A stretch of 64,000 bases of DNA from Verrucomicrobiaceae bacterium (GTDB taxonomy: Bacteria; Verrucomicrobiota; Verrucomicrobiia; Verrucomicrobiales; Akkermansiaceae). A model generated the notes under the pieces. It worked only from the letters and a program-made list of their open reading frames with translations. It made no database searches and was not told the origin of the DNA. The DNA lies in assembly GCA_051252135.1 (NCBI GenBank), contig JBPOGH010000002.1:32001-96000 (forward strand), read 5' to 3'. The stretch's first letter is position 1, and the number at the start of each line of letters is the position of its first letter. Below, piece by piece: positions 1 to 9,416 of this stretch. The position numbers and the translations under genes are program-made.

Positions 1-2
1 CG

Positions 3-2105
3 ATGTTGAGTGCGGCGGCGATTCCGGTGGTGATGCCGAAGGCGGTGTATGAGATGACGGAGGCGGTGAGGGAGATCGGGTGGGATCAGTTGCCGGTTCC
101 GACCTTGATGGGGAAATCGGTTCCCAAGGGGGTGGCGGTGATTGCTCCGCCGAGTGCGGTGAGGTCGACGGTGTTGCGCAAGTTGAAGGGGCGGAGGACG
201 GCGATGTTGAGTGGTTGGGCGCTGACGCCGGGGGCGCGGTATCGCTATCAGGTGGATTGTGTTTTTCCGCTGTCGGATCATGCGGATTTTCCGGGTTTGC
301 TGGAGGCGGTGGCGCGGGTGAAGCCGAAGACGATTTATACGCTGCACGGGAGCACGCGGGAGTTTGCGGCGGAGTTGCGGGTGCGGGGGTATGATGCGTG
401 GTCGATTTATGGTGATGATCAGCTGGAGTTGTTGGGGGAGCCGGTGAGGGATGCGAAGGGGTCCGACCGGATCAATCCGCGTCCGGGGTGTGAGCTCCGT
501 GATTTGAGCAAGTTGCTGGAGGAGGTGGCGGGGACGGCATCGAGATTGAAGAAGGTGGAGTTGTTGGGGGAGTTTTTGAGGGGGAGGGATGATGAGACGT
601 TGGGCAGGCTGACCCGTTGGTTGAGCGGGGACGGGGTGAGTCAGACGGGTGGGGCGTTGATTCGGCAGGCCTTGCTGGATGCCTCTGGGAAGCCGTTGGC
701 GAGTTATAAGATGATCTCGGTGCAGCAGAATGATTCGGCCCGGACGGCGCGGGTGTTGCTGGAGGATGTGGTGCTTGAGCCGCGGGGGTATTCCTTTGAT
801 GAGGTGGCGGAGGAAATGGGAAGGCTGGAGGAGGCGAAGGGGTCGCTGGAGAAGACGGGGATTTTGGCGGAGTGGCTGCGTCATTTGCATCCGCAGGAGG
901 GGGAGACGGTGGTGCGGCTGCTGACAGGGGGGCTACGGGCGGGTGCGCGGGAGGGGATTTTTGAGGAGGCGGTGGCGGCGGCCTTTGGGGTGGGGGTGTC
1001 GGAGGTGAGGCATGTGGCGATGTTGACGGGTGATTTGGGAAGGACGGCGGTGTTGGCGCGGCGGGGCGAGTTGGGGGAAGCGCACCTGCAGGTGGGGGCT
1101 CCGATCAAGCCGATGTTGGCGTCGCCGACCGGGGATGTGGAGGAGTTGTTGGGTTGGCATCAGGGGTTGGGGGGGGACGGTCCGCTTTGGCTGGAGCCGA
1201 AGTATGACGGGATCCGGGCGCAGCTGCATGTGGGGGAGGATGGGGCGCATTTGTTTTCGCGGGACCAGCGGTTGCTGGATGAGGAATTTCCGGAGGTGAT
1301 TGAGGCGGCGAAGGTGCTGCCCGAGTGCATTTTGGATGGTGAGCTGATTGCGTATGCGGAGGGGAGGAAGCTGACTTTTTTTGATCTGCAGAAACGCTTG
1401 GGGAGGAAGAAGGTGCAGGGGGATTTGTTTTTGGGAGCGTCGATTCCGGTGCGGTTTATCGCCTTTGATTGTTTGCATGCGGGGGGGCGGCGGAACCTTT
1501 ATGAGGCTTCGCTGGGGGATCGGCGTGCGGTGCTGGAGTCGTTGGGATTGAGGTCGCCTTTTTCGGTGATCGAGGTGAGTCGGTTGACGGGACCGGGTGA
1601 GATCGAGGCGGCGTTTAAGGAGGCGATTCAGGGAGGAGAAGAGGGGTTGATTGCGAAGGATCCCGAGGCGGGGTATCAGCCGGGGAGGCGGGGGAAGGCG
1701 TGGCGGAAGTTGAAAGGGGTGATGCCGACGTTGGATTGTGTGGTGGTGGCGGCGCAGCAGGGGCACGGGAAGCGGGCGGGGGTGTTGTCCGATTATACCT
1801 TTGCGGTGAGGGATGAGGAGAGTGGGGAGCTTCGGATTCTGGGGAAGGCTTATTCAGGGCTCACCGATGTGGAGATTGAGGAGCTGACGGAGCACTTTGA
1901 GCGGACGACGATCGAGCGTTTGAGCAGCAGGGTGCGGAAGGTGGAGCCGACGATTGTGCTGGAGATTGCCTTTGACCGGGTGAGGCCATCGAAGAGGCAT
2001 GATTCGGGGTTGGCGTTGCGTTTTCCGAGGATCAAGGGGATTCGGCGGGATAAAACTCCGGCGGAGATTGATACCTTGCGGACGGCCTTACGGCTGGTTT
2101 CGTAA
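3..2105 (+). CDS. ATP-dependent DNA ligase fused to an N-terminal ligase-associated metallo-beta-lactamase/beta-CASP exonuclease (5' partial)
   Basis: The N-terminal part has the SGWA and FPLSDHADF..HG motifs of ligase-associated exonucleases. The C-terminal part has ligase motifs EPKYDG, ILDGE, EGLIAK, WRKLK and LRFPR. The frame is open to the window edge. Confidence 0.9.
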   Translation: MLSAAAIPVVMPKAVYEMTEAVREIGWDQLPVPTLMGKSVPKGVAVIAPPSAVRSTVLRKLKGRRTAMLSGWALTPGARYRYQVDCVFPLSDHADFPGLLEAVARVKPKTIYTLHGSTREFAAELRVRGYDAWSIYGDDQLELLGEPVRDAKGSDRINPRPGCELRDLSKLLEEVAGTASRLKKVELLGEFLRGRDDETLGRLTRWLSGDGVSQTGGALIRQALLDASGKPLASYKMISVQQNDSARTARVLLEDVVLEPRGYSFDEVAEEMGRLEEAKGSLEKTGILAEWLRHLHPQEGETVVRLLTGGLRAGAREGIFEEAVAAAFGVGVSEVRHVAMLTGDLGRTAVLARRGELGEAHLQVGAPIKPMLASPTGDVEELLGWHQGLGGDGPLWLEPKYDGIRAQLHVGEDGAHLFSRDQRLLDEEFPEVIEAAKVLPECILDGELIAYAEGRKLTFFDLQKRLGRKKVQGDLFLGASIPVRFIAFDCLHAGGRRNLYEASLGDRRAVLESLGLRSPFSVIEVSRLTGPGEIEAAFKEAIQGGEEGLIAKDPEAGYQPGRRGKAWRKLKGVMPTLDCVVVAAQQGHGKRAGVLSDYTFAVRDEESGELRILGKAYSGLTDVEIEELTEHFERTTIERLSSRVRKVEPTIVLEIAFDRVRPSKRHDSGLALRFPRIKGIRRDKTPAEIDTLRTALRLVS

Positions 2106-2141
2106 AAAAGGCCGGGACACCCGCAATGCGAATGTCCCGGC
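2104..2141 (-). terminator. Rho-independent terminator oriented for the minus strand (hairpin could act bidirectionally)
   Basis: Inverted repeat GCCGGGACA (2111-2119) / TGTCCCGGC (2133-2141), with an A6 run at 2104-2109 that reads as a U-tract on the minus strand. Confidence 0.65.
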
Positions 2142-2210
2142 GAGGGTGTGTCCGTTGGGGGGACCAATGGGAGCGGCAGCTCTTGTTGGGGAGTCGCTGC
2201 CGCCACACCC
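2104..2210 (-). ncRNA. Candidate small RNA with two CCCAAC-loop hairpins and a terminator
   Basis: Perfect 8 bp stem 2173-2180/2196-2203, a short GTCC/GGAC hairpin near 2149-2164, then the minus-strand terminator. It sits between two + strand genes, so no minus-strand CDS explains the terminator. The 5' end is a guess. Confidence 0.4.
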
Positions 2211-2290
2211 ACCGACAAATGTTGACGGTGGAAAACGGTTTACAGGAAAATGAAACTTTTTTTCGCCTGCGTCATGGGTTCAATTGGGGC

Positions 2291-3397
2291 GTGGAATTGA
2301 GCGATCTCGGATGGGACCCGTTTTTTAGCGATGCCTTGGAAGAGGTGGCTAAGGAGGGGTGGGTTCCCGCGCGTCTGATTGGTGAGACGAAGATCAACTT
2401 TGCGGCTTTGTTGGGGGATGGTGAGGAGCTTGATTGTGTGGTGGGGGGGAAGGTGTGGCATGATGCGACCTGCGATGCCGATTTACCGGCGGTGGGCGAT
2501 TGGGTGGCTCTGGAGTTGGGGGCGGGGGATGAGGATGAGCACATCATCCGCGCGCGGCTCCCCCGGAAGACGTGTTTTTCCCGCAAGTCACCGGGGAAGA
2601 GCAGCCAGGAGCAGGTGATGGCGGCAAATGTGGATGTGGTGGTGGTGGTGACGGATGCGGGATCGGATTTTAATCTCCGCCGGATGGAGCGGTATTTCGC
2701 TCTCGTGTCGCGGAGTGGCGCGAAGTGTGTGGCGTTGATCAATAAGTCGGATCTTTTCGAAGATGAGGTCAATGAGGCGGCGAGGCGTGAGATACAGGAT
2801 CTTTGGGCAGATGCGGATGTTCGTATTACGAGTGCGACGCGGCAGGAGGGTCTGGAGGTTCTCCGGAGCTATTTGAAAAAGGGGGTGACGCTGACGATGG
2901 TGGGGTCGAGCGGGGTGGGGAAGTCGACATTGGTCAATCAGCTGCTGGGCGAGGAGTGGCTTTGGACGGGCGAGGTGAATGATGTGACCGGAAAGGGGCG
3001 TCATACGACGGTGGCCCGTGAGCTTGTGGTGTTACCCGATGGGGGGATGTTGGTGGACAATCCGGGTATTCGCGAGGTCCAGATGTGGACGGATGAAGAG
3101 ACCTTGCGGGAAAGCTTTGTGGATGTGGAGGCGTTGGTGGATCAGTGCAAGTTTCGGGATTGCAAGCATCAGGGCGACAAGGGCTGTGCGATTGAGGCGG
3201 CGGTGAAATCGGGAGAGCTGGATGCGCGGCGCTATCAGGGATTTTTACAATTGGATGAGGAAATCGAGGAACTTCGATTTCGGCGCAAGAAGCGGCAGAT
3301 GATTGTGGAGCGCTGGGGGAAGCGGAACAGCCGGATCAAGGCGCGGAACCGTGAGGATCGAATTGATCTGGATAAGGAACAGCGCGGTGAGGAGTAG
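2291..3397 (+). CDS. rsgA: Ribosome small subunit-dependent GTPase A
   Basis: PAVGDWV, AANVD, NKSD, GSSGVGKST, GRHTT and the Zn-finger CKFRDCKH..GC. Start placed at GTG 2291 (ELSDLGW); the longer ORF start is unlikely. Confidence 0.95.
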   Translation: MELSDLGWDPFFSDALEEVAKEGWVPARLIGETKINFAALLGDGEELDCVVGGKVWHDATCDADLPAVGDWVALELGAGDEDEHIIRARLPRKTCFSRKSPGKSSQEQVMAANVDVVVVVTDAGSDFNLRRMERYFALVSRSGAKCVALINKSDLFEDEVNEAARREIQDLWADADVRITSATRQEGLEVLRSYLKKGVTLTMVGSSGVGKSTLVNQLLGEEWLWTGEVNDVTGKGRHTTVARELVVLPDGGMLVDNPGIREVQMWTDEETLRESFVDVEALVDQCKFRDCKHQGDKGCAIEAAVKSGELDARRYQGFLQLDEEIEELRFRRKKRQMIVERWGKRNSRIKARNREDRIDLDKEQRGEE

Positions 3398-3412
3398 GGG
3401 GAAAGCGACCGT

Positions 3413-3429
3413 GTCCCCGAAAAAGGGAC
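3413..3429. promoter_or_regulatory. Palindromic candidate operator GTCCCC-N5-GGGGAC, copy 1 (one mismatch)
   Basis: GTCCCC-GAAAA-AGGGAC, intergenic, about 50 bp upstream of the GH99-like gene. Confidence 0.5.
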
Positions 3430-3480
3430 GGCTTTGGTGATAGCAAGGTTGGTGGACGGAGAGTATTGCTTTTCGAACCG

Positions 3481-4779
3481 ATGAGTTTTTTCACGAAGAT
3501 TTCAGCTCTCTTTCTTTTGACGGTCCCTTGTTTTGGGCAAGGGGTGTCGATGGAGGATGCCTATGCAGTTCTCCAGCCGGCGGCGGCCAAGGGGGCGGAG
3601 GAGGCGAATCCGGAGGGGATCAAGGGACGGGTGCTGACAGGGTATCAGGGGTGGTTTCGGGCGGAGGGTGATGGGGCCGGGATGGGTTTTTACCATTATG
3701 AGCGGCGGGGGAAGTTTGAGCCGGGATTTAGCACGATCGATATTTGGCCGGATCTGTCGGAGTATGATGAGGACGAGAGGTATGATACGGCTTTTCGGCA
3801 TGCCGATGGAGGGGTGGCACAGGTGTTTAGTTCGGTGCATCCGAAGACGGTGAACCGTCATTTCAAGTGGATGAAGGACTACGGGATCGATGGGGCTTTT
3901 GTGCAGCGATTTGGGCTGGTGGGGGCGAAGGAGTATCGCTCGTATGAGCATTTGAAGTCGGACAACCGGAAGCTGGTTCTTTGTCGGGAGGCGGCGAATG
4001 CGAACGGGCGGTGTTATGCGTTGATGTATGATTTGAGCGGGCTAAGGGATGATGATTTTGAGCGTTTGGCGCGGGATTGGAAGCAGCTGCGGACGAAGAT
4101 GAAGCTGGGGGCGGACCCGAATGATCGTGCGTATTTGCAGCATGAGGGGAAGCCGCTGGTGGCGATTTGGGGAGTGGGTTTTAGTGATGATCGGGGTTAC
4201 AGTCTGGAGAAGACGGAGGAATTTATCCGGTTGCTGAAGTATAATCCTGACTGGGGTGGGTGTAGTATTATGCTGGGGGTGCCTTTCAGTTGGCGGGAGC
4301 AGAGACGGGATGCGACGAAGGATGAACGTTTACACGAGGTGTTGAAACTCGCTGATGTGATTAGTCCCTGGGCGGTGGGGCGTTATCACGAGGTGGCCTT
4401 TAAGGATGGGAAGCATGTGGCCAACCTGATGGAGGATCGGCGGTGGTGTGAGAAGAACGGGATCGACTATCTGCCCGTCGTTTATCCGGGGTTTAGTTGG
4501 CACAACATGAAGGGGGATAAACTGGATGCGATTCCACGGAGGAAGGGGGAGTTCTTGTGGGATCAGTTTGTCGCGGTGCGGGGTGCGGGAGTTGATACGG
4601 CTTACGTGGCGATGTTTGATGAGGTGGATGAGGCGACGGCGATTTTTAAGGTGAGTGATAATCCGCCGGTGGGTGAGGGTTCCCGGTTTCTCGATAATGA
4701 GGGGTTACCGAGTGATCACTATTTGAAGGTGACGCAGAAGGGCGGGATGCTTTTGCGGGGGGAGTTGCCGGGGGAGTAG
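3481..4779 (+). CDS. Secreted glycoside hydrolase, GH71/GH99-like (xylosidase/arabinosidase-type)
   Basis: Signal peptide; GYQGWF, HFKWMKDYGIDG, MYDLSG, PGFSW and YVAMFDEVDE motifs. Confidence 0.8.
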   Translation: MSFFTKISALFLLTVPCFGQGVSMEDAYAVLQPAAAKGAEEANPEGIKGRVLTGYQGWFRAEGDGAGMGFYHYERRGKFEPGFSTIDIWPDLSEYDEDERYDTAFRHADGGVAQVFSSVHPKTVNRHFKWMKDYGIDGAFVQRFGLVGAKEYRSYEHLKSDNRKLVLCREAANANGRCYALMYDLSGLRDDDFERLARDWKQLRTKMKLGADPNDRAYLQHEGKPLVAIWGVGFSDDRGYSLEKTEEFIRLLKYNPDWGGCSIMLGVPFSWREQRRDATKDERLHEVLKLADVISPWAVGRYHEVAFKDGKHVANLMEDRRWCEKNGIDYLPVVYPGFSWHNMKGDKLDAIPRRKGEFLWDQFVAVRGAGVDTAYVAMFDEVDEATAIFKVSDNPPVGEGSRFLDNEGLPSDHYLKVTQKGGMLLRGELPGE

Positions 4780-4801
4780 ATTTTTTACGGAGCCAATCGG
4801 C

Positions 4802-6316
4802 TTAGTACTTGAGAGGGGATTCGGGGGGGAGGGGGACGTTGTTTTCTTTTCGCCAGGTGACGAGTTGGTTGAGGAGGGATTTGGTGAGGGGGTGGTTTTT
4901 GTTGGCGAGGTTGTTGGATTCGGTGGGATCGGCTTTGAGGTCGTAGAGCTCGAGGGATCCGTCTTTTAGGAATTGGATGAGCTTCATGTGGTCCTTTCGG
5001 ATGACGGAGCAGGCGCCGTGTTTGTATTGGCTGGCGATGTGCCAGAAGAGGGGGCGTTCGTTGAGGGCGGGGGTGTCTTTTTTGAAGAGTGGGGTGAAGG
5101 AGTGGCCGTCGAGTGGTCCGGGGTAGTTGATGCCGGCGAGGTCGATGAAGGTGGGGAAGAAGTCGAGGACGCTGACCGGGGTGGAGGAGCGACGGGGGGT
5201 GACCTTGCCGGGCCAGTTGATCATGGCGGGGACTTTGATGCCGCCCTCGTAGATGTAGCCCTTGGAGCCGCGGAGTTTCTTGTTGGCGCTCTGGCCTCCG
5301 TTGTAGCCGTTGTCGGAAGTGAAGATGATGGCGGTGTTTTCGCGGAGGTTGTTTTGGTCGAGGAAGTCGACGATGCGTTTCATGTTGTCATCGAGTGATT
5401 CGATCATGGTGGCGTAGCCGGCGTGGATGATTTGTTTTTTGCCGGTGGCCATGCCTTGTCCGGTGAGGGGATCGCCGGGTTTGTTGAGGTATTTGTTGAG
5501 AAGCGTTTCGCTGCGGGCGCGGATGGGGCGGTGGACGGTGTAGTAGTTGAGATTGATGAAGAAGGGTTTGTCCTTGTTGGCGTCCATGAAGTCGATGGCT
5601 TCATCGGTGAGGCGGTCGGTGAGCCATTCGTCGGTTGGTTTTTGTTCGAGGTAGGGGTTGCTGAAGGGGGCGAAGTAGCCGCCGGTGGGGTTTTGGTATC
5701 CGTCGACTTCGAGGGCGGGGTCGCCGCGGTAGGTGCCGCCGACGTTTTTCTTGAAGCCGCGTCCTTCGGGGTAGTAGGCCATGATGGCCGGGGTCTTGTG
5801 ATGAGGGACCCAGCTGAAATCCCAAGGGTCGGGCTGGGTGAGTTTTTGTTGAAGAGGTTTCGGGAGGGCGAGTTCTTCGGTGGGGTAGGGTCCGACGACG
5901 TGCCACTTGCCGATGTGGATGGCGTGGTAGCCGGCTTTTTCCATGGGGTTGGAGAAGAAGGTGTGGTCGAGGTCGACGGTCCAGCGGGAGAAAATGTTTT
6001 GCCGGGCATTTCCTTTTTCAAGAACGGGGACGGTGTAGACGCCGGTGCGGAAGGATTGCTTACCGGTGAAGAAGGCGGTGCGGGAGGGGGAGCAGGTGGG
6101 GTACATGTAGGCGTTGTCGAGGACGAGGCCTTGTTCCGCGAGCTTGTCGAGGGTGGGGGTTTCGTACCACTTGGAGCCATTGAAGCCGACATCGGCGTAG
6201 CCCAAGTCATCGACGAGGACGAAGATGATGTTGGGCATTGGGGGAGCGCCGGCAGCCTGGGAGAGCAACGAAAGGAGGCTGGTGATGAGTGAGAAGAAGA
6301 GGAGCTTTGCGTGCAT
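4802..6316 (-). CDS. Secreted formylglycine-dependent sulfatase
   Basis: Signal peptide from [43 protein letters not shown]. Confidence 0.93.
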   Translation of the reverse strand: MHAKLLFFSLITSLLSLLSQAAGAPPMPNIIFVLVDDLGYADVGFNGSKWYETPTLDKLAEQGLVLDNAYMYPTCSPSRTAFFTGKQSFRTGVYTVPVLEKGNARQNIFSRWTVDLDHTFFSNPMEKAGYHAIHIGKWHVVGPYPTEELALPKPLQQKLTQPDPWDFSWVPHHKTPAIMAYYPEGRGFKKNVGGTYRGDPALEVDGYQNPTGGYFAPFSNPYLEQKPTDEWLTDRLTDEAIDFMDANKDKPFFINLNYYTVHRPIRARSETLLNKYLNKPGDPLTGQGMATGKKQIIHAGYATMIESLDDNMKRIVDFLDQNNLRENTAIIFTSDNGYNGGQSANKKLRGSKGYIYEGGIKVPAMINWPGKVTPRRSSTPVSVLDFFPTFIDLAGINYPGPLDGHSFTPLFKKDTPALNERPLFWHIASQYKHGACSVIRKDHMKLIQFLKDGSLELYDLKADPTESNNLANKNHPLTKSLLNQLVTWRKENNVPLPPESPLKY

Positions 6317-6382
6317 CTTGTCTGGGGAATGTGTTTTTTTAGAGATGAGTGCAGTGTTTTTCCAGAGGCATTTTGGTTTGCC

Positions 6383-6399
6383 GTCCCCACTTTGGGGAC
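6383..6399. promoter_or_regulatory. Palindromic candidate operator GTCCCC-N5-GGGGAC, copy 2
   Basis: GTCCCC-ACTTT-GGGGAC in the 132 bp gap between two divergent sulfatase genes. Confidence 0.6.
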
Positions 6400-6448
6400 T
6401 GGCCTTGAGATGTTGATCGGTATTTACTCGCGATACCTTTTTCTGAAT

Positions 6449-9376
6449 ATGACTGTGACCCGTAATGCTCTTTTCCTGATGTTCCTGGGTGTTGGGTCCC
6501 TGTTTGCGCAGAAGCAGCCGAATGTCCTCTTCCTGGCGGTGGATGATATGAACGATTGGATCGGGTGTCTGGGGACGACGCCGGGTGCGATCACCCCGAA
6601 TATTGACCGGCTGGCGGCACGGGGGGTGAGTTTTACGAATGCGCACACGCCGGGGGTTTATTGTGCGCCGGCGCGGGCGGCAATTTTTTCGGGGCAGTTT
6701 GCTTCGACGACGGGATGTTACCAGTCGGCGGATTACTTTACGGATCATCCGGAGATCGAGGGGCTGCAGACGAGTTTCGACAAGGCGGGTTATACGACCT
6801 TGGGGGCGGGGAAGTTGTTTCATCACATGCCGGGAAGCATCGATGTGCGGGGGTGGGATGAGTTTTTCCTGCGGAAGCGATCGCAGCGCAAGGAGGGGTG
6901 GTCGTTGGACAACTGGAGTGAGGAGACGCCGTTTCCCGATCCTTTTCCGGCGAGTGTTTTTAATGAAGGGAAGAAGGTGACGGGCGGGCTATTTCTGGAG
7001 TGGGCGGGATTGCCGAATGAGAGGGAGGAGGAGATGGCGGATACGATTCGGGTGAACTGGGCGGTGGAGCAGTTGGGGAAGGAGCATGAGAAGCCGTTCT
7101 TTTTGGCGTGTGGCATTTATGCGCCGCATTTTCCGAACTACTGTCCGCAGAAGTATTTTGATCTCTATGATCGGGATGCGATTGAGTTGCCACCGATCAA
7201 GGCGGACGATCTGGATGACCTTCCGGAGCGGATGAGGAAGGCGAAGACGGCGCGGTCGCGGATTCACAAGGAGCTTGAGGAAAAGGGCGCGGTGAAGGAT
7301 GCGATCCACGGCTATCTGGCGTGCATGAGTTATGCGGATGCGATGATGGGGCGCGTGCTTGATGCGCTGGAGGCGAGTCCCTATGCGGATAACACGATCG
7401 TGGTGCTGTGGAGTGATCATGGTTATCACCACGGGGAGAAGTATGATTGGGGGAAGCATACGCTTTGGGAACGGACGTCGAATGTGCCGTTTATCTGGGC
7501 GGGTCCGGGGGTGAAGAAGGGGGCGGTGACGGATGTGACGGCGAGCTTGATCGACATGTATCCGACTTTTGTGGAGATGTGTGGTTTGGCGAAGCCGCAT
7601 CAGGAGTTGGAAGGGGTTTCGCTGAAGGAGACCTTGGCGAAGCCGGAGGCGGCGAAGGATCGCGATGTTTATTTGCCTTACATGGATCCGGGTGAGTTCG
7701 CGGTGATTAACAGGGACTGGCGTTACATTTCCTACGGGAAGGATGGTGAGGAGCTTTATGATTTGAAGGCGGATCCGAATGAGTGGTTTAACTTGGCGGA
7801 GAAGCCCGAGTACGGGGAGAGGAAGGCGATTTTACGGAAGTCTGCGCCGAAGGAATTTGCTCCGGGGACGCCGAAGCGGACGATCGGGAAGGATCTGATC
7901 ATTGAGGGGGAGTCATTTCATTGGAGGAAGGAAGGAGAGAAAGTTCCGGCGAAGAAGATCGGGGGGAAGAAGAGGAAGAATGTCCTCTTTATCGTTTGCG
8001 ATGATCTGAACACGCATGTGACACCGTCGGGCTATGAACATATTTTGACGCCGACGATGACGCAATTTGCCTCGGAGGCGATGACGTTTCAGCGAGCTTT
8101 TTGCCAGTATCCGGTTTGCGGGCCTTCACGGGCTTCGCTCTTGAGTGGCCTCTATCCTGAATCCACCGGGGTTCTTGATAACAAGGCGGACATTCGGGAG
8201 ACGCGTCCGGGGACGGTTTCGATGCCGCAGTATTTTAAGGAGAATGGTTACTGGACCGCGGAAGTGGGCAAGGTTTTCCATAATCCGCAGAGTAACCATG
8301 GTGCCGTGGCTTGGCATGAGTCCCACTTTTACGCGAACGATGAACTGCCCATTGTGACTGCTGCGCGGAAGGAATTTGAAGCGGAGAATGGATCCGTGGA
8401 ACTTCCCAAGAATCGCAAGGCCTGGAAGACTCTTTCCAAGCAAGTGGCGAGCAAGCTGGATGCGCAAACACCTCCGGGGTTTGGGCGCAGTGGGCTGGCG
8501 GATGCGCAGCACAAGGACGGCAAGAACGCGCGGATGGTGGCGAAGTGGCTGCGTGAGAAGCCGAATAGGGGGAAGCCGTTTTTCATCGCGTGTGGGATTC
8601 AAAAGCCGCACGTTCCCTTTCTCGCGCCGTCGAAATACTTTGATCGCTATCCGCTCGATGAGATCGTCTATACGCCGGATAGGGCCGATCTTTGGGAGAG
8701 CATTCCCCGGGGTGCGCTTGATGGACGTTACAAGCAATTTGGCTTTGAGCTGGGGAAGGAAGATGACGCGCGTCGGCGGGAATACATGCAGGCTTACCAC
8801 GCGTGCGTGAGTTTCATCGATGCCCAGCTGAAGCTGGTGATAGATGCGCTCAAGGAGAGCGGTCAGTGGGAGGATACGATCGTTATTCTGACATCTGATC
8901 ACGGCTATCACCTCGGCGACCATTTTATGTGGGGGAAGGTGAGTCTTTTCGACATTGGGGCCAGGGTTCCTTTTGTCATTCGTGTTCCGGGTCTCACAAA
9001 GCCGGGGACGGAATCACAGGCGATGGTGGAGTTGATCGATATTTATCCGACTCTGGTTCATCTCACCGGACTGGAGCGGCCAGTGCATGTGCAGGGGGCT
9101 TCGCTTCGACCGCTTCTGGGTCATCCCGAGCGGTTGGGGAAAAAGAACTACGCATACAGCGTCGTGAAGCGGGGGGACAAGATGGGCTACGCGCTGCGTA
9201 ACCAGAAGTGGCGTTATGGCAAGTGGCAAGATGGCGAGGAGCTCTACAATTTAACCGATGACCCCGAGGAGAAGAAGAACCTCGTGAAGAAGGAGGGGCT
9301 TGAGCATCGACTCGATGAATTTCGACGTGTTCTCAAAATCAGACAGGAGCAAGCAGCCAGTCGTCGCCAGCCTTGA
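6449..9376 (+). CDS. Tandem double sulfatase (two choline/iduronate-sulfatase-like domains)
   Basis: Domain 1: [19 protein letters not shown]. Domain 2: [20 protein letters not shown]. One signal peptide. Confidence 0.92.
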   Translation: MTVTRNALFLMFLGVGSLFAQKQPNVLFLAVDDMNDWIGCLGTTPGAITPNIDRLAARGVSFTNAHTPGVYCAPARAAIFSGQFASTTGCYQSADYFTDHPEIEGLQTSFDKAGYTTLGAGKLFHHMPGSIDVRGWDEFFLRKRSQRKEGWSLDNWSEETPFPDPFPASVFNEGKKVTGGLFLEWAGLPNEREEEMADTIRVNWAVEQLGKEHEKPFFLACGIYAPHFPNYCPQKYFDLYDRDAIELPPIKADDLDDLPERMRKAKTARSRIHKELEEKGAVKDAIHGYLACMSYADAMMGRVLDALEASPYADNTIVVLWSDHGYHHGEKYDWGKHTLWERTSNVPFIWAGPGVKKGAVTDVTASLIDMYPTFVEMCGLAKPHQELEGVSLKETLAKPEAAKDRDVYLPYMDPGEFAVINRDWRYISYGKDGEELYDLKADPNEWFNLAEKPEYGERKAILRKSAPKEFAPGTPKRTIGKDLIIEGESFHWRKEGEKVPAKKIGGKKRKNVLFIVCDDLNTHVTPSGYEHILTPTMTQFASEAMTFQRAFCQYPVCGPSRASLLSGLYPESTGVLDNKADIRETRPGTVSMPQYFKENGYWTAEVGKVFHNPQSNHGAVAWHESHFYANDELPIVTAARKEFEAENGSVELPKNRKAWKTLSKQVASKLDAQTPPGFGRSGLADAQHKDGKNARMVAKWLREKPNRGKPFFIACGIQKPHVPFLAPSKYFDRYPLDEIVYTPDRADLWESIPRGALDGRYKQFGFELGKEDDARRREYMQAYHACVSFIDAQLKLVIDALKESGQWEDTIVILTSDHGYHLGDHFMWGKVSLFDIGARVPFVIRVPGLTKPGTESQAMVELIDIYPTLVHLTGLERPVHVQGASLRPLLGHPERLGKKNYAYSVVKRGDKMGYALRNQKWRYGKWQDGEELYNLTDDPEEKKNLVKKEGLEHRLDEFRRVLKIRQEQAASRRQP

Positions 9377-9416
9377 TTCTTTTCATCCCAAATTAAGACC
9401 AGTAGAGTCAAATATT

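Noticed and set aside
4802..6826. Extended N-termini in the ORF track (e.g. starts at 6826, 6311, 2126, 9300, 11008, 20164, 56027)
   Set aside because: They overlap neighbouring genes; downstream starts give proper signal peptides or stop/start coupling.
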